Below, in pieces: positions 17,485 through 27,261 of a stretch of DNA of 64,000 nucleotides (its first letter is position 1; every line of letters starts with the position of its first letter). This stretch comes from Deltaproteobacteria bacterium (lineage in GTDB: Bacteria > Desulfobacterota > Desulfobaccia > Desulfobaccales > 0-14-0-80-60-11), in assembly GCA_003599195.1 (NCBI GenBank), contig QZIZ01000019.1, forward strand, positions 14,188 to 78,187, given 5' to 3'. The notes beneath the pieces are model-generated. The model was not told the DNA's origin. It did no database searches and worked only from the letters and a program-made list of their open reading frames with translations. The position numbers and the translations under genes were made by a program.

Positions 17485-18081
17485 TCAGGCCGCCGGCCCT
17501 CCCTCCGGGAGGCTGTTCTTCGGAGGCTGCTCCGGAGGTTTGGGGGCTTCCGCCTTTTTCGCCAAAGTGGCGCCGCAGCCGGGACAGAAGAGCAAATCGG
17601 CGTCCAGTTTCCGGGAGCACTGGGGGCAGGTGATCAGCTTAGGGGGCGGAACCGGTTCCCGGGAACGGTAATGGCTCACCCCCGCCACCCGCTGGTGGCC
17701 GCAGGCGGGGCAGAAGAGATGGTCGGGATCCAGATCCCGGTCGCATTGAGGGCAGACATACCAGATCGGCTCTTCATGATCCTCCAACGGCATCTCTTCT
17801 TCGTGGCGCTGGCCGCAATGGGGGCAAAAGGTGAACCTCTGCTCCATGGTGCGGGAGCAATGGGGGCAGGTGAATAACTCGGGCAGCGGCGGAGGCGTCA
17901 GCGCCGTCAACGGGGGATTCAGGGCCTTTTGGTACTGCTGGGTAAAATCGGTGCTGGCCTGGCGTAGCTTGGCCGTCCACTGGGCGATTTTTTGGGCTAT
18001 CTCCGGCAGTTTCTCCGGCCCGAAGAGGATCAGGGCCAGGACCAGAAGGAGAATCAGTTGCTCAAAAGAAATGCCGATCAC
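17485..18081 (-). CDS. tatB: TatB-like subunit with three C-terminal zinc ribbons
   Basis: GISFEQLILLLVLALILFGPEKLPEIA, then six CPxC motifs. Confidence 0.75.
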   Translation of the reverse strand: MIGISFEQLILLLVLALILFGPEKLPEIAQKIAQWTAKLRQASTDFTQQYQKALNPPLTALTPPPLPELFTCPHCSRTMEQRFTFCPHCGQRHEEEMPLEDHEEPIWYVCPQCDRDLDPDHLFCPACGHQRVAGVSHYRSREPVPPPKLITCPQCSRKLDADLLFCPGCGATLAKKAEAPKPPEQPPKNSLPEGGPAA

Positions 18082-18097
18082 ACGCCACCCGCAGCAA

Positions 18098-18376
18098 TCA
18101 GGCTTTTAAGCTCTGGCCGCAATGGGGACAGAAGGCAATATCCGGGGCGACTTCTTTACTGCACTTGGGGCAGGGTTTGGTCTGGGCGGCAGCGGTCGCG
18201 GCAGGAGAGGCTTTGGCTTCTTCCTTGGGCAGGACCTCGGGTTCATCATGGGCCTTCTTAAAGCTGCGGATGGCCTTGCCGATGCTGTCTCCCAACTCCG
18301 GCAACCGCCGGGGGCCGAAGAGCAGCAAAACGATGACCAGGATGATGATGATGGTTCCCAGATTGTAACCGAACAT
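18098..18376 (-). CDS. tatA: TatA/E subunit with C-terminal zinc ribbon
   Basis: LLLFGPRRLPELGDSIGKAIRSFKKA; CPKC...FCPHCG. Confidence 0.88.
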   Translation of the reverse strand: MFGYNLGTIIIILVIVLLLFGPRRLPELGDSIGKAIRSFKKAHDEPEVLPKEEAKASPAATAAAQTKPCPKCSKEVAPDIAFCPHCGQSLKA

Positions 18377-18452
18377 GGTATGCCTCTTGTATTTTTGTTA
18401 AAATATAACAATATTTACCCAAAAAACAAGGGGCGGTTCAGTGATTCAGTTA

Positions 18453-18523
18453 TCAGTAATCAGTGATCAGTGATCAGTGGTTTCTTTGACCACTGATTAC
18501 TGATTACTGATCACTGATTACTG
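18453..18523. repeat. Inverted heptamer arrays (TCAGTGA)n / (ACTGATY)n
   Basis: Direct reading; can fold into a long hairpin. Confidence 0.8.
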
Positions 18524-18549
18524 GTCTCTGCTAATGGCCACCGACCAAT

Positions 18550-19899
18550 ATGAATAAAACTTCTTCCCTCTTCGCGCCTCCCCAACCTCTGGCAGCCCGC
18601 ATGCGGCCCAAGGTATTGGACGAATTCGCGGGCCAGCAGCACCTGGTGGGGAAAGGAAGGCTGTTGTGGCGGGCGTTGCAGGCCCGGCGGCTTTTTTCCT
18701 CTATGATCTTCTGGGGTCCCCCGGGCTCCGGGAAGACCACCCTGGCCCGGGTCATCGCCCGGGTCCTGGACTGCCAGTTTGCCAGCCTGAGCGCGGTCAT
18801 GTCCGGGGTGGCGGATTTGCGCAAAGTGGTGGATGAGGCCCGGACCTGGCAGGCCCGGGGCCGCCGCACCGTGGTCCTCATCGACGAAATCCACCGCTTC
18901 AACAAGGCCCAGCAGGACGCGCTCCTGCCCCACGTGGAGGAGGGGCTACTGACCCTCATCGGCGCCACCACCGAAAATCCCTATTTTGAGATCATCGGCC
19001 CCTTGTTGTCCCGGGCCCGGATTTTTATCTTCGAACCCCTTGCCGAGGAAGAAATCCTGGTGATCTTACGCCGGGCCCTGGTGGACCGGGATCAGGGACT
19101 GGGGGGCATGCCTTTGGAGGTGACTGAAGAAGCACTGGGGCATTTTGCCCGGATGTCCGCGGGCGACGCCCGCCGGGCCTTGACCGCCCTGGAGTTGGCG
19201 GCCTTGAGCACCGCGGCGGATGAGAAGGGAATCATCCGCGTGGACCTGGCCGCGGCCAGGGAGTGCATGCCCCGGCGGGACCTCCTCTATGACAAGGAGG
19301 GCGACGCCCACTACGACACCGTGAGCGCCTTCATCAAGAGCGTGCGCGGTTCCGACCCGAACGCGGCCCTCTACTGGCTGGCCCGGATGCTGGAGGCCGG
19401 CGAAGACCCCCGGTTCATCATGCGCCGCCTCCTGATCCTGGCCTCGGAGGACATCGGCCTGGCCGACCCCCAGGCCCTGGTCCAGGTGGCTGCGGCCTCC
19501 CAGGCCCTTACCTGGGTGGGCCTGCCGGAGGGCCAATACCATCTGGCCCAGGCCACCCTTTACCTGGCCTTAGCTCCCAAAAGCAATTCCACCATGGCCT
19601 ACTTCCGAGCCCAGGCGCAGCTTAAGGAAAAAGGGGCCACCAAGGTGCCCGCGCCTTTTCAGGACGCCCACCGGGACCGGAAGGGTCTGGGACACGGGCA
19701 GGGCTACCTTTACCCCCATGATTACCCCGGCCATTTCGTGGAGCAGGATTATCTGCCGGAGGAATTGGCCGGGGCCCGCTTCTATGAGCCGGGCACAGAG
19801 GGCGCGGAGCCGGAGTTGGCGGCCCGCTGGCGGGCCTTTAGGGAAAAAGGCGGCAATCCCGGCAGCGGCGGTGAAAACCCGGGGGACGAATCTATTTGA
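18550..19899 (+). CDS. rarA: Replication-associated recombination protein A (MgsA)
   Basis: PLAARMRP, GPPGSGKT, DEIHRFNKAQQD, SAFIKSVRGSD, YPHDYP. Confidence 0.95.
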   Translation: MNKTSSLFAPPQPLAARMRPKVLDEFAGQQHLVGKGRLLWRALQARRLFSSMIFWGPPGSGKTTLARVIARVLDCQFASLSAVMSGVADLRKVVDEARTWQARGRRTVVLIDEIHRFNKAQQDALLPHVEEGLLTLIGATTENPYFEIIGPLLSRARIFIFEPLAEEEILVILRRALVDRDQGLGGMPLEVTEEALGHFARMSAGDARRALTALELAALSTAADEKGIIRVDLAAARECMPRRDLLYDKEGDAHYDTVSAFIKSVRGSDPNAALYWLARMLEAGEDPRFIMRRLLILASEDIGLADPQALVQVAAASQALTWVGLPEGQYHLAQATLYLALAPKSNSTMAYFRAQAQLKEKGATKVPAPFQDAHRDRKGLGHGQGYLYPHDYPGHFVEQDYLPEELAGARFYEPGTEGAEPELAARWRAFREKGGNPGSGGENPGDESI

Positions 19900-20087
19900 T
19901 ACTAATTTCCTGGGAAATATGGTATAAAGAAGAGAGTTAAGGGGCGGCGGCCCCAGGCCACCTGCGCTTTTCCATCCGCCCCAAAAATGCGGGGCAATGC
20001 CTCCCGGTCCCTGGACAAATGCTTCTGAAAGACTTATACTTTTAATGATAAAAGGGGGAGTACCGCTTCATGGAGGAGGTAAAAGCC

Positions 20088-20447
20088 ATGTCGAGGATAC
20101 TCTTTGCAGACAGTGAGCCTCATATCCGGCGGCTCTTCCTGGAGGAGCTCCGGGAGGAGGGCTATGAGGTGGTGGTGGCCGGCAACGGCGCCGGCGTGGT
20201 GCGCCTGATGGAAGCGTTCGAGCCGGACGTGGTCATCATGGAAGTCTTGCTGCCGGATATGTCCGGCGTGGAGACCGGGCGTATCGTCAAGGGTACCCGG
20301 AAGGATACCCGGGTGATCTTCCATTCCCACTGCATCCCGCCCCTGGACCTTGATTCTTTGGGCGCGGATGCGTTTGTGGTCAAGTCCCACGACCTTGGCC
20401 GTTTAAAGGAGGCCGTGCGCCGCCTCTTACCTTCCCAGGCCGCTTAG
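20088..20447 (+). CDS. Single-domain receiver protein, atypical (phospho-Asp replaced by Glu)
   Basis: RILFADSE...PDVVIMEVLLPDMSG...FVVKS; GGAGGAGG SD. Confidence 0.85.
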   Translation: MSRILFADSEPHIRRLFLEELREEGYEVVVAGNGAGVVRLMEAFEPDVVIMEVLLPDMSGVETGRIVKGTRKDTRVIFHSHCIPPLDLDSLGADAFVVKSHDLGRLKEAVRRLLPSQAA

Positions 20448-20477
20448 GGCGGCAGGCGCATTGCGGAGGAACCGGTC

Positions 20478-20777
20478 ATGGCCATCATGGAAATCAGCGT
20501 CACTCCCCTGGGATTAGGCCACCCGAGTGTGGGCGATTATATCGCCGAAGTGGTGAAATATCTGCGCCAGAAAAATATCACCCACCAACTCACCGACATG
20601 GGCACCCTGGTCCACGGAGAGGCCTCCCGCCTCCTCGAGGTGGCCCAGGCCCTGCATGAGCTGCCTTTCGCCAAGGGAGTGAAGCGGGTGGTCACCCACA
20701 TTACCATCGATGACCGCCGTGATAAGGAGGTTCGCCTGGGCGACAAAACCACCTCGGTTCAGGCCCGTCTCGCCTAA
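20478..20777 (+). CDS. MTH1187/DUF77 thiamine-binding family protein
   Basis: EISVTPLG...SV...MGT...HE.PF...RV...IDDRRDK. Confidence 0.9.
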   Translation: MAIMEISVTPLGLGHPSVGDYIAEVVKYLRQKNITHQLTDMGTLVHGEASRLLEVAQALHELPFAKGVKRVVTHITIDDRRDKEVRLGDKTTSVQARLA

Positions 20778-20783
20778 AAAGTT

Positions 20784-21935
20784 ATGGCCAATACCAGTCG
20801 CGATTACTACTCCATCCTGGGGGTGTCCCGGGATGCCACGCCCGAAGAAATCAAGAAGTCATACCGCCAGGTGGCCATGCAGTACCACCCGGATCGCAAT
20901 CCCGGTGACAAGGGAGCGGAAGAGCGGTTCAAGGAGGCCGCGGAGGCCTACGAGGTCCTCCATGACCCCGAAAAGCGCCGCCTCTACGACCGCTACGGCC
21001 ATGAGGGAGTCTCCTCCACCGGTTTCACCGGGTTCCGGGATTTTTCCGATATTTTTCATGCCTTCAGCGATATCTTCGGGGATGTCTTCGGTTTCGGGGG
21101 GCCTGCAGGACCGCAGCCCCAGGCGGGCAACGATCTCCGTTATGATCTCTCACTGGATTTCATGGACGCGGCCCTGGGCACGGAAGTGACCCTGGAAGTG
21201 CCCCGGGTGGCCAACTGCCGCACCTGCGGCGGCAACGGCGCCAAACCCGGAACCAGAAAGATTCCCTGCACCCAGTGCGGCGGCCGGGGGGTAATCTCCC
21301 GGACGCACGGCATCTTTCAGATCACCACCACCTGCCCCCGCTGCCAGGGGTTAAAAGAGTTCATCTCCGAACCCTGCCCCGCGTGCCGGGGTGAAGGCCG
21401 GGTCCGGGAAAAGAAGAAGCTTAAGGTAAAAATCCCCCCGGGCATGGACAGCGGCACTCATCTGGTCATGTCCAGCGAAGGCAACGACGGCGTCTTCGGA
21501 GGGCCCCCGGGGGATCTTTATATCATCCTCCAGGTGAAACCCCATGAACGCTTCCGGCGGGACGGCTATGATTTGCATCTCCAGGTGCCCGTCTCCTTTC
21601 CCCAGGCGGCCTTGGGCGCCCGGATCACCATTCCGCTGCTCTCCGCCTCCCGGGAGATTGTCATCCCTCCCGGGACTCAACCCGGGGAGATTATCCGCCT
21701 GAAGGGGGAAGGGGTCCCTTATCCCAAAGGCTCCCGCCGGGGTGATCTGCTGGTGGAAGTGCGGGTGGCCGTCCCCCGGCAATTGACGCCCAAGCAACAA
21801 GAGTTCTTGCAGGAGTGGCTCAAGGAGGAGGGGGGGGAGCAGGCCGCGGCCGGGGTCAAATCCCAGGCGGCAGCCAACCCCGGAGAAGAAAGTTTTCTCA
21901 AAAAAATTTGGCATACCTGGATAAATCCCAAATAG
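20784..21935 (+). CDS. dnaJ: Chaperone DnaJ
   Basis: HPD J-domain, four CxxCxGxG-like repeats, C-terminal domain. Confidence 0.95.
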   Translation: MANTSRDYYSILGVSRDATPEEIKKSYRQVAMQYHPDRNPGDKGAEERFKEAAEAYEVLHDPEKRRLYDRYGHEGVSSTGFTGFRDFSDIFHAFSDIFGDVFGFGGPAGPQPQAGNDLRYDLSLDFMDAALGTEVTLEVPRVANCRTCGGNGAKPGTRKIPCTQCGGRGVISRTHGIFQITTTCPRCQGLKEFISEPCPACRGEGRVREKKKLKVKIPPGMDSGTHLVMSSEGNDGVFGGPPGDLYIILQVKPHERFRRDGYDLHLQVPVSFPQAALGARITIPLLSASREIVIPPGTQPGEIIRLKGEGVPYPKGSRRGDLLVEVRVAVPRQLTPKQQEFLQEWLKEEGGEQAAAGVKSQAAANPGEESFLKKIWHTWINPK

Positions 21936-22076
21936 AGACCGGGAGAAACGCCAGGAAAACCTGTTAATGACCCCCCTTTTCCGGGGGGATATCCGCCTGC
22001 AACCGCCCACCGGGACGGCAGCTTTTCCGGGAGCCCTCCCCGGGCGGCCGCCCCTGCCGGCACCTGAAAAACCACC

Positions 22077-23084
22077 ATGATCAAGCGCGCCCTGTTCTTC
22101 GGGGGTTATTTTTTATTCTGTCTCGCCTGTTTTCTCCTGGCCTTCGAATTTATTTACCGCTATCAGCTCATCGATTTCTTCCAGCCGGAACTGCGGGCCA
22201 ACAACTCCCCCGGGGATTTGCGGGGCTCAAACCGCATAACTCTCCTGACCATGGGAGATTCCTTCTCCGCCGGGGATAATACCTGGGTGACCTATCTCAG
22301 GGAACAGTTACCCGACTTCAGGATTATCAATGCCGCGGTGTCGGCCACCGGGGTCTTCGAAGCCCAGTACATGGCCCCCCGGCGGTTTCGGGAATTCCGG
22401 CCCCAGGTGTTCATTTACCAGGTCTACGTGGGCAACGACATCCAGGATATCCGCCGGCCCCTGAATTGGCGGACCATGACACCGGTCCGCTATCTTTACG
22501 GCTTTGCCTGCAGCTACCTGGGTTTGCGTTCCCTGACCTTCGCCAATTACCGGCTAGCCCAATTAGTCAGAAGACCGGGGTACGAGAGGGTGCTGCCTCA
22601 GGATGAGCCTTTTTCCCCGGTCACCTATCCCTATAGCGTCATCGTATATACCCGGGCCGAGCCCGGCAATCTGGAAGATACGATCCTGGCCCGGGGCGCA
22701 CGGGGCCGGGACGTGGACACCCTGATTAAAGGCATAAAAACGCTGACGGGCTATGCCCCCCCGGAGTGCCGCAAATACGTGGTGGTGATCCCCGACGCCG
22801 CCCAGGTGAGCGATTTCTATTTGGACCATATGAAGCAATTGGGAGTCCGGGTGAGCCAACCCCAAAAATTCCAGCAGGATGATTATCCCATGCTCCATCG
22901 GTTGCAGGAGGGTTTACGGGACCGGGAAATCATAGTTTTGAACCCCTTGCCCCTGTTCAAGGGGCACGAACGGCAAGGCCGGAGACTTTATTACTCCAAT
23001 GATTCCCACCTGAAGCCCATGGGCCAGGAAATCCTGGGTGAATTCATCCTGGATCGGCTCACCGCCGACGGCCTCGCTTCTTAA
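22077..23084 (+). CDS. Membrane-anchored SGNH/AlgX-like hydrolase or acetyltransferase
   Basis: N-terminal TM, GDSF, GND, DSH motifs. Confidence 0.75.
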   Translation: MIKRALFFGGYFLFCLACFLLAFEFIYRYQLIDFFQPELRANNSPGDLRGSNRITLLTMGDSFSAGDNTWVTYLREQLPDFRIINAAVSATGVFEAQYMAPRRFREFRPQVFIYQVYVGNDIQDIRRPLNWRTMTPVRYLYGFACSYLGLRSLTFANYRLAQLVRRPGYERVLPQDEPFSPVTYPYSVIVYTRAEPGNLEDTILARGARGRDVDTLIKGIKTLTGYAPPECRKYVVVIPDAAQVSDFYLDHMKQLGVRVSQPQKFQQDDYPMLHRLQEGLRDREIIVLNPLPLFKGHERQGRRLYYSNDSHLKPMGQEILGEFILDRLTADGLAS

Positions 23085-23273
23085 AACCGTTTGCCGTTTT
23101 CTGTTTTCCGTTTTCTGTTAATAAATCATTAGATTACCAATAAGTTGCCTTGCAATTCGTTTTCAATCGAGAGGAAAATTGGTATAAGAGGGCTATGGAA
23201 TGTTTAGAAAAATAGATAGGATTGAACCTTGAAAATCTTGGACCCGTAAATTTATGCCATAGTTGAATTCGCC

Positions 23274-24185
23274 ATGCCATCCGACCCGAAAACCGAAAAC
23301 CGCTTCAAATGCGGCCGCGTGGCCCTCATCGGCCTGCCCAACGCGGGGAAGTCCACGCTGCTAAATCGCCTGGTGGGCGAGAAGCTTTCCATCACCTCAC
23401 CCAAACCCCAGACCACCCGCCACCGGCTCTTAGGCATCGTCAACCGCCCCGGGGCCCAGCTTTTATACCTGGACACTCCCGGGGTCCTGGAACCGAAAGG
23501 CCCCTTGAACCTGAGCCTGGTGGAGGCGGCATTAAGCGCACTGGCCGGAGCGGATGTGGTGGTCTGGCTGGTGGAGCCCCGGCCGCCCGATCCCCGGGAC
23601 CGGGTCTTGCTCCCCCACCTGCAGCAGCTCTCCCAACCCCTGGTGGTGGCCATCAATAAGATCGACCTGGTCTCCAAACCGAAACTCCTGCCCCTGATGG
23701 CGGCTTACCATCAGCTCTTTCCTGGAGGACCGGTTATTCCGGTGAGCGCCCTTTTAGGCGAAGGCCTCCCGGAGTTGGAGGGGGAAATTATCAAGTTGCT
23801 GCCGGCAGGTCCCCCCATCTACTCGGAAGACCAGGTCACGGAACAGACGGAACGCTTTCTGGTGGCCGAGCTGATCCGGGAACGGCTTCTGCACCACCTG
23901 GGGGAGGAGATTCCCTATGCGGTGGCCGTGGATATCGAGGAATTCGACGAGTCCCGGCGCCCCGAACTGGTGCGCGTCCGGGCGGTGATTTACGTGGAGC
24001 GGACGTCCCAGAAGGGCATCGTCATCGGCAAGAAAGGGCATCTCTTAAAGACCGTGGGCCAGGAGGCCCGTATCGAGATGGAGGACTTGCTGGGCTGCCG
24101 GGTCTTTTTAGACCTTTGGGTGAAGGTCTGGAAAAATTGGCGCAAGGACCCCCGGGCCTTGCGATTGTTGGGGTATCAGACTTAA
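23274..24185 (+). CDS. era: GTPase Era
   Basis: GLPNAGKST, PQTTR, DTPG, NKID, KH domain SQKGIVIGKKG. Confidence 0.96.
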   Translation: MPSDPKTENRFKCGRVALIGLPNAGKSTLLNRLVGEKLSITSPKPQTTRHRLLGIVNRPGAQLLYLDTPGVLEPKGPLNLSLVEAALSALAGADVVVWLVEPRPPDPRDRVLLPHLQQLSQPLVVAINKIDLVSKPKLLPLMAAYHQLFPGGPVIPVSALLGEGLPELEGEIIKLLPAGPPIYSEDQVTEQTERFLVAELIRERLLHHLGEEIPYAVAVDIEEFDESRRPELVRVRAVIYVERTSQKGIVIGKKGHLLKTVGQEARIEMEDLLGCRVFLDLWVKVWKNWRKDPRALRLLGYQT

Positions 24186-24245
24186 AAAACCTTCATTGAC
24201 AATCACCCCGCAGATGCCAATAATAGGTGCAAGAGGCGCACATCC

Positions 24246-24707
24246 ATGAAACGCGGCCTGGTTCAGATCTTTTCCGGGGTTTTGTTTCTCCTCCTCTTGT
24301 CTCCCGGCTATGCCTCGGCCCAGGGCTGGTTCCTGTGGGGCACGGAAGGCTCCTATATCCACCAGTTGGCGCACCTCCTCTTCTGCGGGGCCATGATTTT
24401 TTTTATCTACGAGATGCGCCAGGAGAAACTGCTGCGTTTCCGGGGCCTGCGTTCCCTGATGTGGGGCTGCGGCATCCTGGCTCTCTGGAATCTGGACGCG
24501 GTGGTGGGCCACACCCTGGAATGGGGCCGAGCCAACCGGGTATTCATAGGCCAGGGCTTTTTTCAGCGCCTGGTCATGGAGGATTGGGAATCCTGGTTTT
24601 ATTACCTTACCAAGATTGATCATTTTGCCTTGCTGATTCCCGCTTTTTATCTTTTTTACCGGGGGCTCAAAACTCTGGCCCTGGAGTCAAAATCCGAATC
24701 GCGATGA
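24246..24707 (+). CDS. Hypothetical membrane protein coupled to histidine kinase
   Basis: Hydrophobic helices with several His; ATGA overlap with next gene; TTGACA-17-AATAAT upstream (24196-24224). Confidence 0.75.
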   Translation: MKRGLVQIFSGVLFLLLLSPGYASAQGWFLWGTEGSYIHQLAHLLFCGAMIFFIYEMRQEKLLRFRGLRSLMWGCGILALWNLDAVVGHTLEWGRANRVFIGQGFFQRLVMEDWESWFYYLTKIDHFALLIPAFYLFYRGLKTLALESKSESR

Positions 24708-25861
24708 CCACCCTCCCTTTCTTTCCCATCTGGTTTTTCCAAGTCCTGGGCACCCTGGCGGTCATTGTCTTCTCCTTTCTTTCTCTAAGAATCACCCGCA
24801 GCCTGATGGCCCGGGAACCGGAAAACGCCTTATGGTTGTTTTTGGACTGGCTCACCCTGGGATTCGTCATTTTTTCCATCTCCCATGCCGTCTCCCACGT
24901 CACCCAAGAGATCATCAATTATTTCGGCGAAACCCCGCCCCTGTGGCGCCTCCGGAGAATCTTCGGGGGTTTTGACAGCATCATCTACGTGATGATCGCC
25001 GCCACCGTCCTTTTTTTTCACCGCATCCAGCGCCTGTACCGCCGCATGGAGGAGGACCACCATCACCTGGAGGAGACCAGCCATGAGATCCTGGCCCTCA
25101 ACCGGGAGATGGAAGCCCTGGTGATGGAGCGCACCATGTCGGAAATGGCCTTAGGGATGGCCCACGGGATCCGCAATCCGCTCCACGTCATCGGCGGCTT
25201 CAGCAATCGCCTCCTTAGGAAGACCGACCCGGACGATCCCACCCGGGCCTGGCTTTCCACCATTGCCGAAGAAGCCCGGCGCATCGAACAGATGGTGGCC
25301 CGCTTCGAATCCCTGGCCCAGAGGAAGGAGTCCTTCTTCAACCAGGAGGACCTCAACGATATCGTGGCGGACACCCTGGAATTGCTGCGGCCGGAGATCA
25401 AAAGCAAAAGTTTGACCCTGATCACCGCCCTCCACCCCCAGCCCCTGGTGGGGCGCCTCAACCGGCACCTGCTGAAAGTGGCCCTGTCCCACTTAGTGCG
25501 CAACGCGGTGGAAGCCACCCGGGCCTTTGGCAAGATCATCGTGCGCACCAAGGTGGAAAAGGATTACGCGGTGCTGACCCTCCAGGACACGGGCCGGGGC
25601 ATGCCCCCGGAGGTGGTGGACAAGGTCTTTGTGCCCTTTTACACCACCAAAATCGGGGGCACCGGCTTAGGCATGGTCTTTGTGAGGCAGATCGTGGATG
25701 AGCATCGAGGGGTCATCACCCTGGACAGCAAGGTGGGCCGGGGGACCACGGTGACCATCCGGCTGCCCCACCGGTTTATGGATAAAGCGGAACTGGAAGG
25801 CGAACCCGGGCCTCCACCCGGTCCCCAGACCCCGCCGGAGCCCGCCGGCGGGCAGGGGTAG
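24704..25861 (+). CDS. Membrane sensor histidine kinase
   Basis: AHGIRNPL H-box, RNAVEA, DTGRGM, PFYTTK, GTGLG. Confidence 0.93.
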   Translation: MTTLPFFPIWFFQVLGTLAVIVFSFLSLRITRSLMAREPENALWLFLDWLTLGFVIFSISHAVSHVTQEIINYFGETPPLWRLRRIFGGFDSIIYVMIAATVLFFHRIQRLYRRMEEDHHHLEETSHEILALNREMEALVMERTMSEMALGMAHGIRNPLHVIGGFSNRLLRKTDPDDPTRAWLSTIAEEARRIEQMVARFESLAQRKESFFNQEDLNDIVADTLELLRPEIKSKSLTLITALHPQPLVGRLNRHLLKVALSHLVRNAVEATRAFGKIIVRTKVEKDYAVLTLQDTGRGMPPEVVDKVFVPFYTTKIGGTGLGMVFVRQIVDEHRGVITLDSKVGRGTTVTIRLPHRFMDKAELEGEPGPPPGPQTPPEPAGGQG

Positions 25862-25886
25862 CGTCCTGGTCATAAAAAAAGATCGA

Positions 25887-26008
25887 TCTCACGCAAAGGC
25901 GCCAAGACGCAAAGAAAGACGCTAGCAAAATATTTAAGGGGCACGGTTCCGCCGTGCCCCTTAATAATTATATCTTGCGCCTTGGCGCCTTTGCGTCTTT
26001 GCGTGAGA
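25887..26008. repeat. Palindromic intergenic element: inverted 8-mer arrays around a 13-bp hairpin (probable bidirectional terminator)
   Basis: TCTCACGCAAAGGCGCCAAGACGCAAAG ... TTAAGGGGCACGG-TTCCG-CCGTGCCCCTTAA ... CTTTGCGTCTTTGCGTGAGA. Confidence 0.8.
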
Positions 26009-26019
26009 TAACTTTTGTC

Positions 26020-26913
26020 TCACTTCTTCCGGCTCTCGGCCCGGGACACCAGCCAGTAAATCGACCCCAGGATCAAAATACCGGCCAGGTACATGAGTTC
26101 CACTTGCAGGGATTCATGGGCCAGGGAGGCTACCAGCACTTTGCGGATGAAGGCCACCAGGGCCACCCCCACAAACAGGGACAATTGAAATTCCCCGCCC
26201 TGGAGCCGGTCGATCTCCGCGTCCAGCAACTCGATCATCAGCCACAGGATCAGCAGGGAACCCAAGGCCGACACCAGCCCCTTTTCCGGGTTGCCCCTGA
26301 AAATCAGGCTGACGTCATGGGCCAGGACCGCCACCACGCCCACGGACAGACTGATGAGGCCCAAAAGCAGCAGCATGTTGAGGCCGAAGGTAAAGCGGTG
26401 GGCGAAGCGGATCAGGGCGTTGTCCAGGCGGTAGGACAGAAAAACCCGGCGCATCTCTTCTTCGTGATAAGTCCGGGCGATCACGTCCAGGTTAAGGTCC
26501 AGGATTTTCTCCATGGCCAACTGGGACGACTCCCGAAGGCGCGGCTCCACCTCGGTCTCGATAATCTTATGCAGCTGGAGCCGCAGGAAGTTCATGCCCA
26601 CATAAACGAAATGGGCCGACAGGCCGATACGCACGTGGGTATGGCCGATGCGCTGCAGGCGCTGGTAGTAGCGGTCGTCAAAGGGCCCCTGGAACAGGGC
26701 CAGCAGCCAGTTGTGGTGCGCGTTGGTGAGCCGGGCCAGCCTGGCTTCATCCTGAAGAAACCGGGCCGCGTCCGGCATTTGTTGAAAAAGGTGGTAGAAG
26801 TCGCTTACCAGGCGGCCGGCGTGAGGCTCCACCAGGGGCAGGAGGCCCCGCAGGATCTCCATTTCCACGTCGGTCAGCCGGTAGTTGTCCTTAATTTCCT
26901 GGAATGTGCGCAT
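26020..26913 (-). CDS. Protoglobin / globin-coupled sensor domain fused to PsiE-like membrane domain
   Basis: FY...L...H..W...RIGHTHVRIGL globin; C-terminal four TM with VALVAFIRKVLV. Confidence 0.85.
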   Translation of the reverse strand: MRTFQEIKDNYRLTDVEMEILRGLLPLVEPHAGRLVSDFYHLFQQMPDAARFLQDEARLARLTNAHHNWLLALFQGPFDDRYYQRLQRIGHTHVRIGLSAHFVYVGMNFLRLQLHKIIETEVEPRLRESSQLAMEKILDLNLDVIARTYHEEEMRRVFLSYRLDNALIRFAHRFTFGLNMLLLLGLISLSVGVVAVLAHDVSLIFRGNPEKGLVSALGSLLILWLMIELLDAEIDRLQGGEFQLSLFVGVALVAFIRKVLVASLAHESLQVELMYLAGILILGSIYWLVSRAESRKK

Positions 26914-26934
26914 GCTTGCGCCTCCGCGAGAAGA

Positions 26935-27212
26935 AGTTCAAGGTTCGAGGTTCAAAGTTCAAGGTTCTTGTGCGCTTTGTGCGCTATTTAAGTTGCCCAC
27001 CCTTCATAATCTTCGGATGAGCCGCAGGCTCATGAGCGGTATAGCACAGGCTTTCCAGCCTGTGCGAATTACTGAAGCGGGCGAGACGCCTGTCCTACCT
27101 ATCCTTTAATTCCTTACGGGTGGGCCGCAGGCTCAGGTTTATCTATCTGAAAACATAAAAATTATCGGAAGTCGAAGCCAAACTTTGAACTTTGAACCTT
27201 GAACTCTGAACT
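26935..27212. repeat. Composite element: inverted (GTTCAAG)n arrays enclosing REP-like hairpins
   Basis: GTTCAAGGTTCGAGGTTCAAAGTTCAAG ... CTTTGAACTTTGAACCTTGAACTCTGAAC; internal ATGAGCC-GCA-GGCTCAT and GCACAGGC-TTTCCA-GCCTGTGC. Confidence 0.7.
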
Positions 27213-27261
27213 TGTGCAGTCAGCAAGCTTTCTCCGCTCACTGCTTATTGCTCACCGTTCA

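Noticed and set aside
18453-18523. Repeat arrays as CRISPR
   Set aside because: 7-8 nt tandem units with no unique spacers and no cas genes
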